Source: a bacterium (GTDB lineage: Bacteria; Zhuqueibacterota; Zhuqueibacteria; Residuimicrobiales; Krinioviventaceae). Taken from it: 64,000 nucleotides of DNA. Numbering within the stretch: the stretch's first letter is position 1; each line of letters starts with the position of its first letter. Shown in pieces: positions 50,801-61,053 of the stretch. The notes beneath the pieces were generated by a model. That model saw only the letters and a program-made list of their open reading frames with translations, was not told where the DNA came from and searched no databases. Position numbers and translations under genes: made by a program. The DNA lies in assembly GCA_963693055.1 (NCBI GenBank), contig OY843751.1:544001-608000 (forward strand), read 5' to 3'.

Positions 50801-52341
50801 AAACAGTAATTGATGAAGCTCCATTTGGTATAGAAATTTGTGAAGGGGACAAGCATGATTGGGAATTTACAATAATTAACAAAGAAGCTCAACGTATTTT
50901 AGGCACAACGGCTGAACAGCATCGAGGGATAGGGAAGAGAAATGGAAATTTTTTAAAAGCAGAAAGCTTTACATGGCAATTTTTGCATTTGGATGGGAGT
51001 GTATGTAATTCTTCACAATTCCCATTGTTTATTACTTTAGAAAAAGGAAGAACAGTAACAAATCAGGAATTAATTATAAAACAATCTGATAACAGCCAGA
51101 TGATTGTTATTATTAACGCTTCACCTATCTTTGATGATGAGGGTGGAATCATAGGAGGTCTTGTTTCTTATACTGATATTTCAGAACGAAAAAAAGCAGA
51201 ACGGGAATTGTTAGATTCTCGTGAACGTCTTGCAAAGGCAGAAGAAATAGGGCATTTAGGCAGTTGGGAGATTGATCTTGTTACGGGTGAGAGTAAGTGG
51301 TCAGATGAATTTTTGAGGATTTGTGGTTTTGAACCCGGTAAAGGTGAAATGACAAAAGAGTTAAGTGCAGAAATAACTCACCCTGAAGACAGATATCTGG
51401 TAGACGAAGAAATGAAACGGGTTCTGCTAGAAAAAGATAAATATAATGTAGAGAAACGAATTATACGTCCTGATGGTGAGATCAGATATACTCATTCTGT
51501 GGGCAGAGTTGTTTTGGATGATGCAGGTAAACCTGTAAAAATTATAGGTTCATTCCTGGATATTACAGATAGAGTGCTGTCAGAACAGGAAACCCTTCGT
51601 CTGGAAAGGCAAATACAAGAAGTTCAAAAGCATGAGAGCCTGGGTGTTTTAGCTGGTGGTATTGCCCATAATTTTAACAACGCATTATTGGCGGTGTTAG
51701 GAAATCTTGAATTGGCTCGTTATAATATAGATTCAGGAGACAAAGCATTTAAAAATATTGTGAATGCAGAATCTGCTGCTGACCGGGCTGCCGAGTTGAG
51801 TCGATTAATGTTGGTTTATGTTGGACAAGGTCAGGAACACTATGTAAAATTACCCATGTCTGATTTGTTAGTAGAAACCTGTCAACGTTTTAAATCTGAG
51901 GTACCGGAAAATATTAAAATCCACTGTTCTTATCCTAACGATAATGATTTTAGAGTACATGGTTCAAAAATGTTGTTGAAAGAATCTTTACAACACCTGA
52001 TAACCAATGCAATTGAATCCATTAAAGATGGAAATGGTGAGATAAGTATTACGATTGAAGAAAAAATGCTTAAAGATAAAACATTGCAAATGAGTAAAGT
52101 ACTTGAAAAACCCAAAGAAGGAAAGTTTGTCTGCCTGACGGTTAAAGATACTGGCAGCGGAATGAGTAAAGAAACCTTTGAACGTATGTTTGAACCCTAC
52201 TTTACCACAAAATTTATTGGAAGAGGATTAGGTCTGGCAGCAGTGCTGGGAATTGTGCGAGGCCATAGAGGAGCCATTTTTGTAAAAAGTGAGGAAGGAG
52301 AAGGAACAGAAGTAATGGTAGCTTTGCCATCCATTGAATGA
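47836..52341 (+). CDS. Multi-PAS/GAF sensor histidine kinase (1501 aa, no receiver)
   Basis: Many PAS/PAC repeats and two GAF-like segments; H-box LAGGIAHNFNN; NAIES, DTGSGM, FEPYFTTK, GRGLGLA. Confidence 0.93.
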   Translation: MTKKMKKDANALDAKRLQLALEAAKGAVFYYDLINDIIEWDAANFELLGFDKESIANTRKDWEKRIHPDDLSKVIKAMDEVFADKEKDSFNVEYRIILPDNTIRNFNARAWIDRDEHGKPLAFAGVHFDITEQKLAELQLKTSEERYRVLYEGINDAVLLVDEDGYFDFNTAACEMFGYTAEEMRKLHMRDLSPDTHKETPEYIALQRENYIKTLEQGPQQFEWVHQKKNGELFQVSVVSRMIEINGKMIMQGVVRDISNHKKLERELLQRQDELQRAQEIAKFGHWIYDVKTETFTGSKEALRHYQLKNENANLYEIAEKIEPSFRKMVYRQFKECMNSGTRFNHDFQIILEDESKMWINSVAYPELDEQGQVVKILGTTMDITKRKQNELAIEQHSQFERIINRLSSNLVDLKNLDEKIENILATIGEFVNVDRAYVYLVSKDGTTIENSHVWYSSRSKLKDKITAIIDPAKSLPWFWSLIKNGKTVHIPSIKDFPEEAKSEKQFWLDKEFKAFLALPMINNKRLIGFLGFADEKYEKTWDENAIALLRITAETFSRALEQKRMYDSLRRSEERFRRLIKDSPVAMVVSDNSMFVIDVNSQFEKLTGYTRRELSHEKIWWDLLVPNPQYRFHIKQWWDKLVNDALDNKNSITEPIEVVFTCKDGEKRDILINVAFTGDFKLIVLQDHTKQRQGEALLLAQRDLAIALGQSVGLDETLKICTEAAINNSFMDSGGVYLVIPASKSIQLHFSMGLSKDFCNAVSYFDASSPNVKAIMRGKPIYDHYSKYTGPDDEIAKNEQLKAFANIPITYHDNVIGCMNVASHLLDTVPEYSRLILETIAGQMGQAIMRVRALDTLREREENLKMFFESVNDFLFVLDERASILQINRAVTQHLGYTELDIIGESILTLHPPELKNIASEIILDVLSQNRFLYDLPLMNKSGDEIPVETKITAGQWNGRTAFFCVSRDVTERKRAEQALMRTSSFLKTVIDEAPFGIEICEGDKHDWEFTIINKEAQRILGTTAEQHRGIGKRNGNFLKAESFTWQFLHLDGSVCNSSQFPLFITLEKGRTVTNQELIIKQSDNSQMIVIINASPIFDDEGGIIGGLVSYTDISERKKAERELLDSRERLAKAEEIGHLGSWEIDLVTGESKWSDEFLRICGFEPGKGEMTKELSAEITHPEDRYLVDEEMKRVLLEKDKYNVEKRIIRPDGEIRYTHSVGRVVLDDAGKPVKIIGSFLDITDRVLSEQETLRLERQIQEVQKHESLGVLAGGIAHNFNNALLAVLGNLELARYNIDSGDKAFKNIVNAESAADRAAELSRLMLVYVGQGQEHYVKLPMSDLLVETCQRFKSEVPENIKIHCSYPNDNDFRVHGSKMLLKESLQHLITNAIESIKDGNGEISITIEEKMLKDKTLQMSKVLEKPKEGKFVCLTVKDTGSGMSKETFERMFEPYFTTKFIGRGLGLAAVLGIVRGHRGAIFVKSEEGEGTEVMVALPSIE

Positions 52342-52526
52342 TATCTATGCTTAATAGATGCAAAGTCTCTTGAAAATAAACACTTGAATTGTTCAAGGGT
52401 TTATATTAAATTTATTTAGTAACTCAACCATTCTGCTTTCAAAATGGTACTATAAATGTAACCAACATATCTTGATTCTCTACGTTTGAGTATAACGGTT
52501 CTATTAAACAAATTTATAAAAATCAA

Positions 52527-52892
52527 ATGAAAAATAGTTTCCTAGTAGAAGAATACCCTGGGTATATTGTATTTCGGGTATCTGGCCAAGATAGTTTACA
52601 ATACTCTATGGATTATTGGAAAAGAGTTGGCCAAATTTGTAACGAAAAAAAAGTTTATAAAGTTTTGATAGTGGAAGATCTGCAAGGTCAAATTTCCATG
52701 TCTGAAATGTATGAACTTTGTGAGGCATTACCTCATTTTGTTTTGGGTTTAGACATTGCTTTTATAGATAATGATCCTGAACATTTATATGATAATTTAT
52801 TTGGTGAAACGGTTGCAAGAAACCGGGGGGTAAACATAAATGATTTTAGCAACGAAAAAGAAGCTATAACATGGTTGTTAGAAGCTGATTAA
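52527..52892 (+). CDS. STAS/SEC14 (SpoIIAA-like) small protein
   Basis: KVLIVEDL, IAFID, FGETVARNRG, F.NEKEAITWL. Confidence 0.7.
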   Translation: MKNSFLVEEYPGYIVFRVSGQDSLQYSMDYWKRVGQICNEKKVYKVLIVEDLQGQISMSEMYELCEALPHFVLGLDIAFIDNDPEHLYDNLFGETVARNRGVNINDFSNEKEAITWLLEAD

Positions 52893-53035
52893 GATAAAGT
52901 AGAATGTTTAACAGGTTATCATTTTATACCAAGCCTATTTTTATTCTATAACTATTGCTATCTTTTACAATTTTGTTTGTATCAATCAGTATTTTTGTTA
53001 TTTTGAAATTGGTCATTAAAAAACAAGGAAACCAA

Positions 53036-55051
53036 ATGATGAATAACAAGGCTATATTGATTGTATTGCTGATTGTTTGCAGTTCGTTTTCCAAAGGAAA
53101 TACCACCAACTCTTTTTATATCTCCAACCGCTCGCCTCTTGTTAAAGCACCTTTTGTGGAACTCCCTCTTGGATCAATAAAGCCTGCAGGATGGCTGTTG
53201 ACTATGCTTGAGATACAGCGTGACGGCCTTACCGGAAATTTAGACTCTGTTTATGCATCTGTATGCGGCCCCCGTAATGGATGGCTGGGTGGAGATGGTG
53301 ATGGCTGGGAACGAGGTCCTTATTGGTTAGATGGCTTGGTGCCACTTGCATATATTTTGAATGACCAATATCTAAAGGATAAAGCACAAAAATGGATAGA
53401 GTGGTCTTTAAATAATCAGCAAAAAGATGGTTATTTTGGACCGATTCCGTTCAGTGAAAAACCCGAGCATGAAACAGGTATCCAAAAAGATAAGCGTCGG
53501 GACTGGTGGCCCAAGATGGTAATGCTCAAAGTTTTGAAACAGTATTATTTGGCAACCGGAGATGAACGCGTTCTTACATTGATGGATAATTATTTTAAAT
53601 ACATGCTTAAGAATCTGCCTGAGACTCCTTTGGGGCATTGGTCGTTTTGGGGTGAAAGGCGCGGAGCTGATAATCTTGCTATTGTTTATTGGCTATACAA
53701 TATTACCGGCGAATCTTATTTGCTGGAGCTTGGAGAGTTAATTCATGAGCAAACACACAAATGGGAAGATTTATTAGGAAATGGCGCATTTACATGTAAC
53801 AATCCACCTATTGACAGGCATTGTGTCAATATTGCACAAGGAATAAAAGCACCTGCCGTTTGGTATCAGCAGAATAAAGATATGGAATTGTTGAATGCGC
53901 TTAAACATGGCTTGATTGATATTCAACAAAGTTTTGGTTATATAAATGGCATGTATGGTGCAGATGAAGCGCTGCATAGTAATGATCCGGTTCAGGGAAT
54001 AGAGTTTTGTTCGGTTGTCGAATTGATGTATTCTTTGGAAACCATATTGCCGATTAGCGGCGAGGTGTTTTATGCGGATTATCTGGAAAAATTGGCATTT
54101 AACACGTTGCCCGCACAGCATACTGATGATTTCATGTACAGGCAATATTTTCAGCAAACCAATCAAGCGCAGGTAACAGACCAGAGACACAATTTTTATA
54201 ATGATGATGATGCCAGGCAATGTTTTGGTGTTTTGACTGGGTATCCTTGTTGTACTTGTAATATGCACCAGGGATGGCCAAAGTTTGTTCAAAATTTGTT
54301 TTATGCAACACCTGAAAATGGAGTTGCGGCTTTGGTTTATGGCCCTGCTAAAGTCAGTTTAAAAGTTGGAAAGGGTGTTGATCTTGAATTGACAGAAAAG
54401 ACAACTTATCCTTTTAATGATACAGTAATTTTTGATTTTAAGCTGTCAGCTCGAGCGGAATTTGGTTTCCATTTGAGAATACCCGCCTGGTGTGATTCGG
54501 CAGTTATTTCCATTAATGGAGAACCTTTTAGCTCACCCAAGGCCAACCGGATTGTTGAAATTCATAGAAAATGGAACGACGGCGATATTGTAGAATTGCT
54601 GTTACCCATGAATCTGAAGACAAGTCAATGGTATGAAAGAACAGTTGGGATTGAGAGAGGTCCTTTGGTATATGCATTACGTGTTGAAGAAGAGTGGCGT
54701 AAAGTAGATAAATCTCATTTGGAACGTTATATTTATGAGCACCCCTTTTGGGAAGTCTATCCAATCTCTCCATGGAATTATGGTATATTAGAGTCAAGTG
54801 TTAATAATATGGAATTTAAAGTTTTAATCTCTGATGAATTAGCAGATATGCCCTGGAATCTTGATAATGCCCCTGTTACTTTATATACAAAAGGTATGAG
54901 AATTCCTGAATGGACAATGTATAATCATTCAGCGGGAATCCCACCCAGGAGTCCGTACCGTACTGTTGAAAAGCAGCCTATCGTTGAATTACAGCTTGTT
55001 CCTTATGGATGTACAACATTAAGAATAAGTCAATTCCCAACTTGTCGCTAG
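53036..55051 (+). CDS. GH127/GH146-like (DUF1680) beta-L-arabinofuranosidase-family glycosidase
   Basis: Signal peptide; IKPAGWL, HCVN, EFCSVVE, YPCCTCN, LRIPAWC, ERGPLVYAL, LVPYGCTTLRI. Confidence 0.85.
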   Translation: MMNNKAILIVLLIVCSSFSKGNTTNSFYISNRSPLVKAPFVELPLGSIKPAGWLLTMLEIQRDGLTGNLDSVYASVCGPRNGWLGGDGDGWERGPYWLDGLVPLAYILNDQYLKDKAQKWIEWSLNNQQKDGYFGPIPFSEKPEHETGIQKDKRRDWWPKMVMLKVLKQYYLATGDERVLTLMDNYFKYMLKNLPETPLGHWSFWGERRGADNLAIVYWLYNITGESYLLELGELIHEQTHKWEDLLGNGAFTCNNPPIDRHCVNIAQGIKAPAVWYQQNKDMELLNALKHGLIDIQQSFGYINGMYGADEALHSNDPVQGIEFCSVVELMYSLETILPISGEVFYADYLEKLAFNTLPAQHTDDFMYRQYFQQTNQAQVTDQRHNFYNDDDARQCFGVLTGYPCCTCNMHQGWPKFVQNLFYATPENGVAALVYGPAKVSLKVGKGVDLELTEKTTYPFNDTVIFDFKLSARAEFGFHLRIPAWCDSAVISINGEPFSSPKANRIVEIHRKWNDGDIVELLLPMNLKTSQWYERTVGIERGPLVYALRVEEEWRKVDKSHLERYIYEHPFWEVYPISPWNYGILESSVNNMEFKVLISDELADMPWNLDNAPVTLYTKGMRIPEWTMYNHSAGIPPRSPYRTVEKQPIVELQLVPYGCTTLRISQFPTCR

Positions 55052-55210
55052 GGAAGGGCAGGTTATTATTTTTACTGAACTAAAGTACGGTTGGTGTAGT
55101 AATTTTCCTAAAATTGAAAAAAATATATATCTTTAATGGTTGCGGCTCGTTTTTTGTTGTATTTTTAGAGTGTGCAATGATGTGTTTTGTGTAGTTTGAG
55201 GATGTTGTAA

Positions 55211-58200
55211 ATGAAACGATTTGAAAAGGAATTTATAGATCTTGTAGATCGTATATTATCACATAATATCAAGAATTCACTTCTCAATGAATATATAAAT
55301 TGTATCAATAGTATGACATCTGATTTTAGTGTGTCATATCAAATCTCTAACTGCTGTGAAGACAATTCTTTTATAATCGAAACCCCAAATAAACAATTTG
55401 GATATTTAATAGCCAATTGTGATCCTGCAGAAATTTCGTCAAGTTTTTCTCAACTTTTTTTAAAAAGCGTTTCAATACTTGCCCGAATTCTTGAAAATAT
55501 TTCCAACAACGAGTCAGGAAAAAAAACACCTCATAAGCAAGATATATCCGTAGAATTTCAAAAGTTAAAGAAAAGTGAAACGCTTTACCGGGGTATGGAA
55601 AAGGTTAGCAAAATTGGGGGATGGGAGTATGATGTTAAGAACAACAATGCATATTGGACTCCTGAAACCTATCGGATTTATGGCTTTGATTTGAGAGATT
55701 TTGACACGAATATACCCATTCCATTTGAAGACAGCCTTTCATGTTTTGCAAAACCAGATAAAGAAAAGTTGCTTGAGGCTTTTTTAGAATGTATCAAATC
55801 CGGAAAAGCCTATGACCTGGAATTGAAAATGACTAATAAAAAGGGGAAACAACTTTGGGTCAAAACGGGTGCAAAAACAATCAAACGCAATGGAATGGTT
55901 GTCAAGGCTCAGGGATATATTATTGATATTACCGAGCGTAAAAAGGCTGAACTTGAATTGCGGGAATCACATATTGATATTCAGCTTCGACACGAGATTG
56001 CAAATATATTCTTATTAAAGTCCGATGAAAAAGTTTATTCGGAAATTCTAAAAAAAATACTGATCATAGTTCAAAGTAATCATGGATTTTTGGGGTATAT
56101 TGATGAGCATGGTGATCTGGTTTGTCCGACCATTACAGAGAATCTGTGGAGTAAAAGCCTTGTTTCTGATAAATCTATGACATTACCCAAAAACGCATGG
56201 GGCGGATTATGGGGTGATTCTTTATTAAAAAAGAAAACTTTGATTAAAGAAATGAATTTATCTACCCCCCAAGGACATACGCCTTTAACAAGAGCAATGA
56301 CTGTACCCATTCTATTGGGAAGAAAATTAATAGGTTTGATTGCTGTGGCTAATAAAGAAACCGAGTATAATAAAAGAGACCAGAGACGGGTGGAATCTGT
56401 TGCCAAATATATTGCTCCGCTTATTAAAGAGCGTCTTGAGAAAATGTCTTTTGAAAGACAGCGAGCTATTGCTATAAAGGGACTGGAGGAAAGCGAAGAC
56501 TTGCTGCGAAAGATATCAGAAAATTATCCCAATTCTTTTGTTGCAATAATTGAAAAAGACCAGACTATTGGTTTTGTTTCCGGTCAGGAACTGTTAAAAC
56601 GCTCCTATCTTGATAAATCTATTGTAGGGAAGACATTCCGTGAAATAATTGGTGGTAAAGCCAAAGAACTTGAAATGTGTTTAAATAAAACGTTTCAGGG
56701 AACTGAAAATGAATTAAAATTTGATATGAACAATGTGTTCTATCATATCAGAACAGTTCCCTTGATATATAATGATTCTGTGAACAGGGTACTTGTTGTT
56801 GCGGAAAATATTACACAAAAGGTACGCCTTGATACGGTATTGAAAATTGAAAGAGATTTGGGGATAAAATTAACCAAGGTTTCTACGTTATATGATGCCA
56901 TGTGCGAGTGCTTGGAACATACTTTACAAATTCCCGGAATTGATAGCGGTGGTATTTATAAAGCTAATTATGATACTGAATATTTTGAATTGTTTGTGCA
57001 TAAAAATGTTTCCCCTAAATTTATCAAAAATGTCGATCGTTTTAGCTTTAAGGATCAAAAAAGTATACCGATTTTTGCGGTAACTCCTTTTTATATTGAT
57101 TACGAGATGTTGAAAATAATGCCCGACAAATATTTTATTAAAGAAGGATTTTTAGCTTCTGCTATTTTACCGGTGCATCACAAAGGTCATATAGTCGGTT
57201 GTATAAATCTTGTATCTCGTACAGAAACTGAATTTCCGGAATATCTTTATCCCTTTTTTGAGAATATGATTTCCATGCTGGGGACTATATTGGTGAATTT
57301 AGAAAACCAGGAGATCATTCGGAACAGTGAAGAGCGGTATCGTAATTTTATTATGAATGCCAGTGAAGGAATTTTCAGAATAGATTTCATTGAACCGGTA
57401 CCTATTAACTTGTCTAGAAAGCAATTGTCTGAAAGAATTGTTCAAAATGCTGTCTTTGTTGAAGTAAATGAAGCTCTTGCACAAATGTATGGATCAAGTG
57501 TTGAGGAACTGACTGGCAAACACGTTCACCAGGTAATACCGGATTTTGATGAAAAGATATTAAAAGCACTTGATACCAAAGGATATATTATTTCTGACCT
57601 GGAAAGTTTGATATATGACATACATGACAAGCCTGTCAATATTTCAGAAAGTTTTAGGGTTATAGTAGATGAAAAGAATATGCATCGAATTTGGGGGATG
57701 CAACGAAATATAACTGAACAAAAATTTGCAGCTCAAAAGTTGAGCGATAGTCAGCACCACCTGGCTGAAGCTCAGAGAATTGGCAATATTGGAAGTTTTA
57801 TTCTGGATGCGAAAAGCAGAAAATTCATCTGGTCAGATCAAATGTACGAAATTTTTGGATTTGAAGATGATGGACGTGTTCCAGACATTTCTCTGGTTCG
57901 TTCAATAATTCATCCGGAAGACTTGGGTGTTTTTGATAATGCAATAACAATGACTGAAAATAATGAGCTACCTGTGAATGTACAATATCGAATTCTTTTA
58001 CCGGATAAAACTTTAAAATGGGTTGTTAGTCGAAATGAAGTGATATTAGATGAAAATGGAAAACCATTTCAATTTAGGGGAACGGTCCAGGATATAACTG
58101 AACGTAAACAGACCGAGTTGGCTCTTGAAAAAAGGATGCTGGCATTGACCCGGCCTATTGATTATTCTGAAAATATTTTGTTTGAAGAACTGTTTAATGT

Positions 58201-59701
58201 TAATGATATTCAAAAACTCCAGGATCTGTTTGCATCTGCAACCGGTGTTGCTTCTCTTATAACATATGTTGATGGTACCCCCATAACCAAACCCAGCAAT
58301 TTTTGTGATTTATGTGAAAATATTATTCGCAAGACAGATAAAGGCCGTGAAAACTGTTATCGCTCTGATGCTATTATTGGCAGACATCCGGGAAGAAAAC
58401 CAATAGTACAACCGTGTCTCAGCGGAGGTTTGTGGGATGCCGGAGCCAGTATAACTGTTGGAGGAACACATATTGCCAACTGGTTAATTGGCCAGGTAAG
58501 GAATGACGCGCAGACTGAAGATGAAATGTTACAATATGCCCGGGAAATTGGAGCTGATGCAGATGCATTTATAAAAGCATTTCGTAAAGTTCCCAAAATG
58601 TCAAATAAGCAATTTCAACAGGTTGCTGATGCTTTATTTGTTATTGCAAAACAATTGTCTGATACTGCTTATCAAAATGTTCAACAAGCGCGTTTTATTT
58701 CTGAACGCAAAAAGGCGCAAATAGCACTGCAAGAGAGTGAAAGCAGGTTAAAAAGTTATGTTGAAAACGCACCTGATGGAATAATGGTTACAGATGAATT
58801 GGGAAACTATGTTGATGTGAATCCGGCTGCATGTGAGATAATAGGGTATACCCGTAATGAACTTTTAAAAATGAATATTCAAGATGTAATTGCTCCTGAA
58901 GATACAAGTTTGGGACTCGAACATTTTGAAAATGTGAAAAATACTGGTAGTTCTTCTGGTGATATGCAATTTATCATGAAAAATGGGAAAAAACGATATT
59001 GGACCGTTGATGCAGTTAAATTAACCAATACAAGATTCCTGGGATTTGCTAAAGATATTACTGACCGCAAACGTGTTGAAAAGCAAATTAAGCAAAGTCT
59101 TGATGAGAAAAGTGTTTTGCTAAAAGAAATTCATCATCGTGTGAAAAATAATCTTCAGGTAATGCGGAGTTTGATTAGCCTGCAAACCCGTTATGAAAAA
59201 AGCCAGGTGTTTTGCGATTCTGCAACAGAATTGTCAAATCGTATTTTATCTATGGCATTGGTGCATGAACAATTGTATCAATCGAACAATATGGCTGAAA
59301 TTAATTTTAAATCATATATCATGACACTTTGTGATGAAATTTTGGCAAGCTTGTTTAGAAAAGATATTAATATTCGACTTGATCTTGAAGATATAAAACT
59401 GGATATTGAAAAATCTGTGCCTTTGGGGCTTATTATTAATGAATTGGTTACCAATGCTGTCAAGCATGCATTTCCTGACGAAAAGACAGGCAAAATAGAA
59501 CTCTTGTTATCAAAAGAAAATAAAAAAGGTGTTTTGTCTATATGTGATAATGGGCAGGGAATACCAGAGAATGTAAACCTTGATAAGCCCAAGTCCCTTG
59601 GACTTGAGCTGGTCAGAATTCTTACCAGACAACTTGATGGAGAAATAGAGTTCCATCGTAAAGGCGGTACAAAAGTTACGATATCATTCCCAATAAACTG
59701 A
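55211..59701 (+). CDS. PAS/GAF/PocR sensor histidine kinase, HisKA_2 type
   Basis: PAS and GAF repeats; PocR domain IQKLQDLFASATGVAS..FCDLC..CYRSD..CLSGGLWD..GQV; EIHHRVKNNLQ; HATPase. Confidence 0.92.
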   Translation: MKRFEKEFIDLVDRILSHNIKNSLLNEYINCINSMTSDFSVSYQISNCCEDNSFIIETPNKQFGYLIANCDPAEISSSFSQLFLKSVSILARILENISNNESGKKTPHKQDISVEFQKLKKSETLYRGMEKVSKIGGWEYDVKNNNAYWTPETYRIYGFDLRDFDTNIPIPFEDSLSCFAKPDKEKLLEAFLECIKSGKAYDLELKMTNKKGKQLWVKTGAKTIKRNGMVVKAQGYIIDITERKKAELELRESHIDIQLRHEIANIFLLKSDEKVYSEILKKILIIVQSNHGFLGYIDEHGDLVCPTITENLWSKSLVSDKSMTLPKNAWGGLWGDSLLKKKTLIKEMNLSTPQGHTPLTRAMTVPILLGRKLIGLIAVANKETEYNKRDQRRVESVAKYIAPLIKERLEKMSFERQRAIAIKGLEESEDLLRKISENYPNSFVAIIEKDQTIGFVSGQELLKRSYLDKSIVGKTFREIIGGKAKELEMCLNKTFQGTENELKFDMNNVFYHIRTVPLIYNDSVNRVLVVAENITQKVRLDTVLKIERDLGIKLTKVSTLYDAMCECLEHTLQIPGIDSGGIYKANYDTEYFELFVHKNVSPKFIKNVDRFSFKDQKSIPIFAVTPFYIDYEMLKIMPDKYFIKEGFLASAILPVHHKGHIVGCINLVSRTETEFPEYLYPFFENMISMLGTILVNLENQEIIRNSEERYRNFIMNASEGIFRIDFIEPVPINLSRKQLSERIVQNAVFVEVNEALAQMYGSSVEELTGKHVHQVIPDFDEKILKALDTKGYIISDLESLIYDIHDKPVNISESFRVIVDEKNMHRIWGMQRNITEQKFAAQKLSDSQHHLAEAQRIGNIGSFILDAKSRKFIWSDQMYEIFGFEDDGRVPDISLVRSIIHPEDLGVFDNAITMTENNELPVNVQYRILLPDKTLKWVVSRNEVILDENGKPFQFRGTVQDITERKQTELALEKRMLALTRPIDYSENILFEELFNVNDIQKLQDLFASATGVASLITYVDGTPITKPSNFCDLCENIIRKTDKGRENCYRSDAIIGRHPGRKPIVQPCLSGGLWDAGASITVGGTHIANWLIGQVRNDAQTEDEMLQYAREIGADADAFIKAFRKVPKMSNKQFQQVADALFVIAKQLSDTAYQNVQQARFISERKKAQIALQESESRLKSYVENAPDGIMVTDELGNYVDVNPAACEIIGYTRNELLKMNIQDVIAPEDTSLGLEHFENVKNTGSSSGDMQFIMKNGKKRYWTVDAVKLTNTRFLGFAKDITDRKRVEKQIKQSLDEKSVLLKEIHHRVKNNLQVMRSLISLQTRYEKSQVFCDSATELSNRILSMALVHEQLYQSNNMAEINFKSYIMTLCDEILASLFRKDINIRLDLEDIKLDIEKSVPLGLIINELVTNAVKHAFPDEKTGKIELLLSKENKKGVLSICDNGQGIPENVNLDKPKSLGLELVRILTRQLDGEIEFHRKGGTKVTISFPIN

Positions 59702-59786
59702 TTGTATGATATTATATTTTGTCTTATTTTACATTCGGGCAGTATAAAAAAATAAAAATCATCATCAGTTAATTGTAAGGGGTAGT

Positions 59787-61025
59787 ATGACTTCACGCGA
59801 ACGTTTGTTAGCAGCACTTGACCACAAAGAGCCAGACAAAGTACCTGTTGATTTGGGCTCTCACCCCAGTTCAGGCATTTCTGTTATTGCCTATAATAAT
59901 TTAAAAAAACATTTGAAATTGTATCCGGGGCAGACCCGAGTTTATGATGTTGTACAACAGCTTGCTGAACCCGAAGAGGATATGCTGGACAGATTTGGTA
60001 TTGATATTATTGATATCGGCAGATTGTATAATAGAAATCAGGATAATTGGTATCCTGTTCAGGCCGCTGACGGGTCAAATGCTTTGTATCCCACCGGGAT
60101 TCGTCCGGTGAAACAAGAGGACGGATCTTTTTTGATTTTAAAAAATGGGAGTGCTATTGCCAAAATGCCCTCTGGAGGTACTTTTTTCGACCAGACATTT
60201 TTTCCGTATCTTGATGGATATCCCCGTGATTTTATGGACTTGAAAAAAGATATGGACATGGTAATGTGGGGCTCAGTAGCTGTGCCCCCCTGGGACCATG
60301 CGAGCGAACCAAACTTTTGGAATGATCTGAGGCAAAAGTTGATTGATTTTAGAGAAACCTCAGACCGGGCGGTACTCATATCTGTAGGATGTAATCTTTT
60401 CGAATGGGGCTCGTTTTTACGGCGGATGGATAATTTTTTAATGGATGTGTTGGCTGATCCTGACAATGTTGCGGCGCTTTTAGAAGCTCTGATGGAAATC
60501 CATATGCAGACGTTAACAAAGGTTTGTGAACATGTTGGTGATCTGGTGGATGTTATAAAATTTGGTGATGATCTGGGGATGATCAATGGTCCCTTTATGC
60601 CGCCGGTGACGTATAGAGAGCTTTTTAAACCGCATCACAAATATTTGAATGAATATACCCATGCACACTCGACTGCAAAAACACTGCTTCATTCCTGTGG
60701 ATCAATTTATGCTCTGTTGCCGGATTTGATAGAAGCGGGGTTCGATGCCATTAATCCCGTGCAAACAAATTGTTTGGATATGCAGCCGGAAAAATTAAAA
60801 TCCGAGTTTGGCAAAGATATTACTTTTTGGGGTGGTGGTGTAGATACTGCCACCGTTCTGAACAGAGAGACTCCTGATAATGTTTATAAACATGTAATAG
60901 AAAGATTAAATATTTTTGCCCCCGGTGGCGGGTATGTATTTAATACCGTTCATAACATTCTCCCCGAAGTTCCACCTGAAAATATTATGGCTATGTTTAA
61001 TGCTGTTAAAGATTTTAACGGATAA
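59787..61025 (+). CDS. Uroporphyrinogen decarboxylase-like / MtaA-CmuA methyltransferase-family protein
   Basis: MTSRER..PDKVPVD, GDDLG, HSCG, NPVQ, FWGGGVDT, GGGYVF..VHNI. Confidence 0.85.
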   Translation: MTSRERLLAALDHKEPDKVPVDLGSHPSSGISVIAYNNLKKHLKLYPGQTRVYDVVQQLAEPEEDMLDRFGIDIIDIGRLYNRNQDNWYPVQAADGSNALYPTGIRPVKQEDGSFLILKNGSAIAKMPSGGTFFDQTFFPYLDGYPRDFMDLKKDMDMVMWGSVAVPPWDHASEPNFWNDLRQKLIDFRETSDRAVLISVGCNLFEWGSFLRRMDNFLMDVLADPDNVAALLEALMEIHMQTLTKVCEHVGDLVDVIKFGDDLGMINGPFMPPVTYRELFKPHHKYLNEYTHAHSTAKTLLHSCGSIYALLPDLIEAGFDAINPVQTNCLDMQPEKLKSEFGKDITFWGGGVDTATVLNRETPDNVYKHVIERLNIFAPGGGYVFNTVHNILPEVPPENIMAMFNAVKDFNG

Positions 61026-61053
61026 AAAAGGCGGGTATTTTGCCGCCTTTTTT
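61025..61053. terminator. Bidirectional terminator
   Basis: AAAAAGGCGG-loop-CCGCCTTTTT between convergent genes. Confidence 0.8.

Noticed and set aside
52342-52526. Frameshifted receiver domain after the 1501-aa kinase
   Set aside because: No receiver-like motifs (acidic pair, phospho-Asp, KP) seen in the short spacer.
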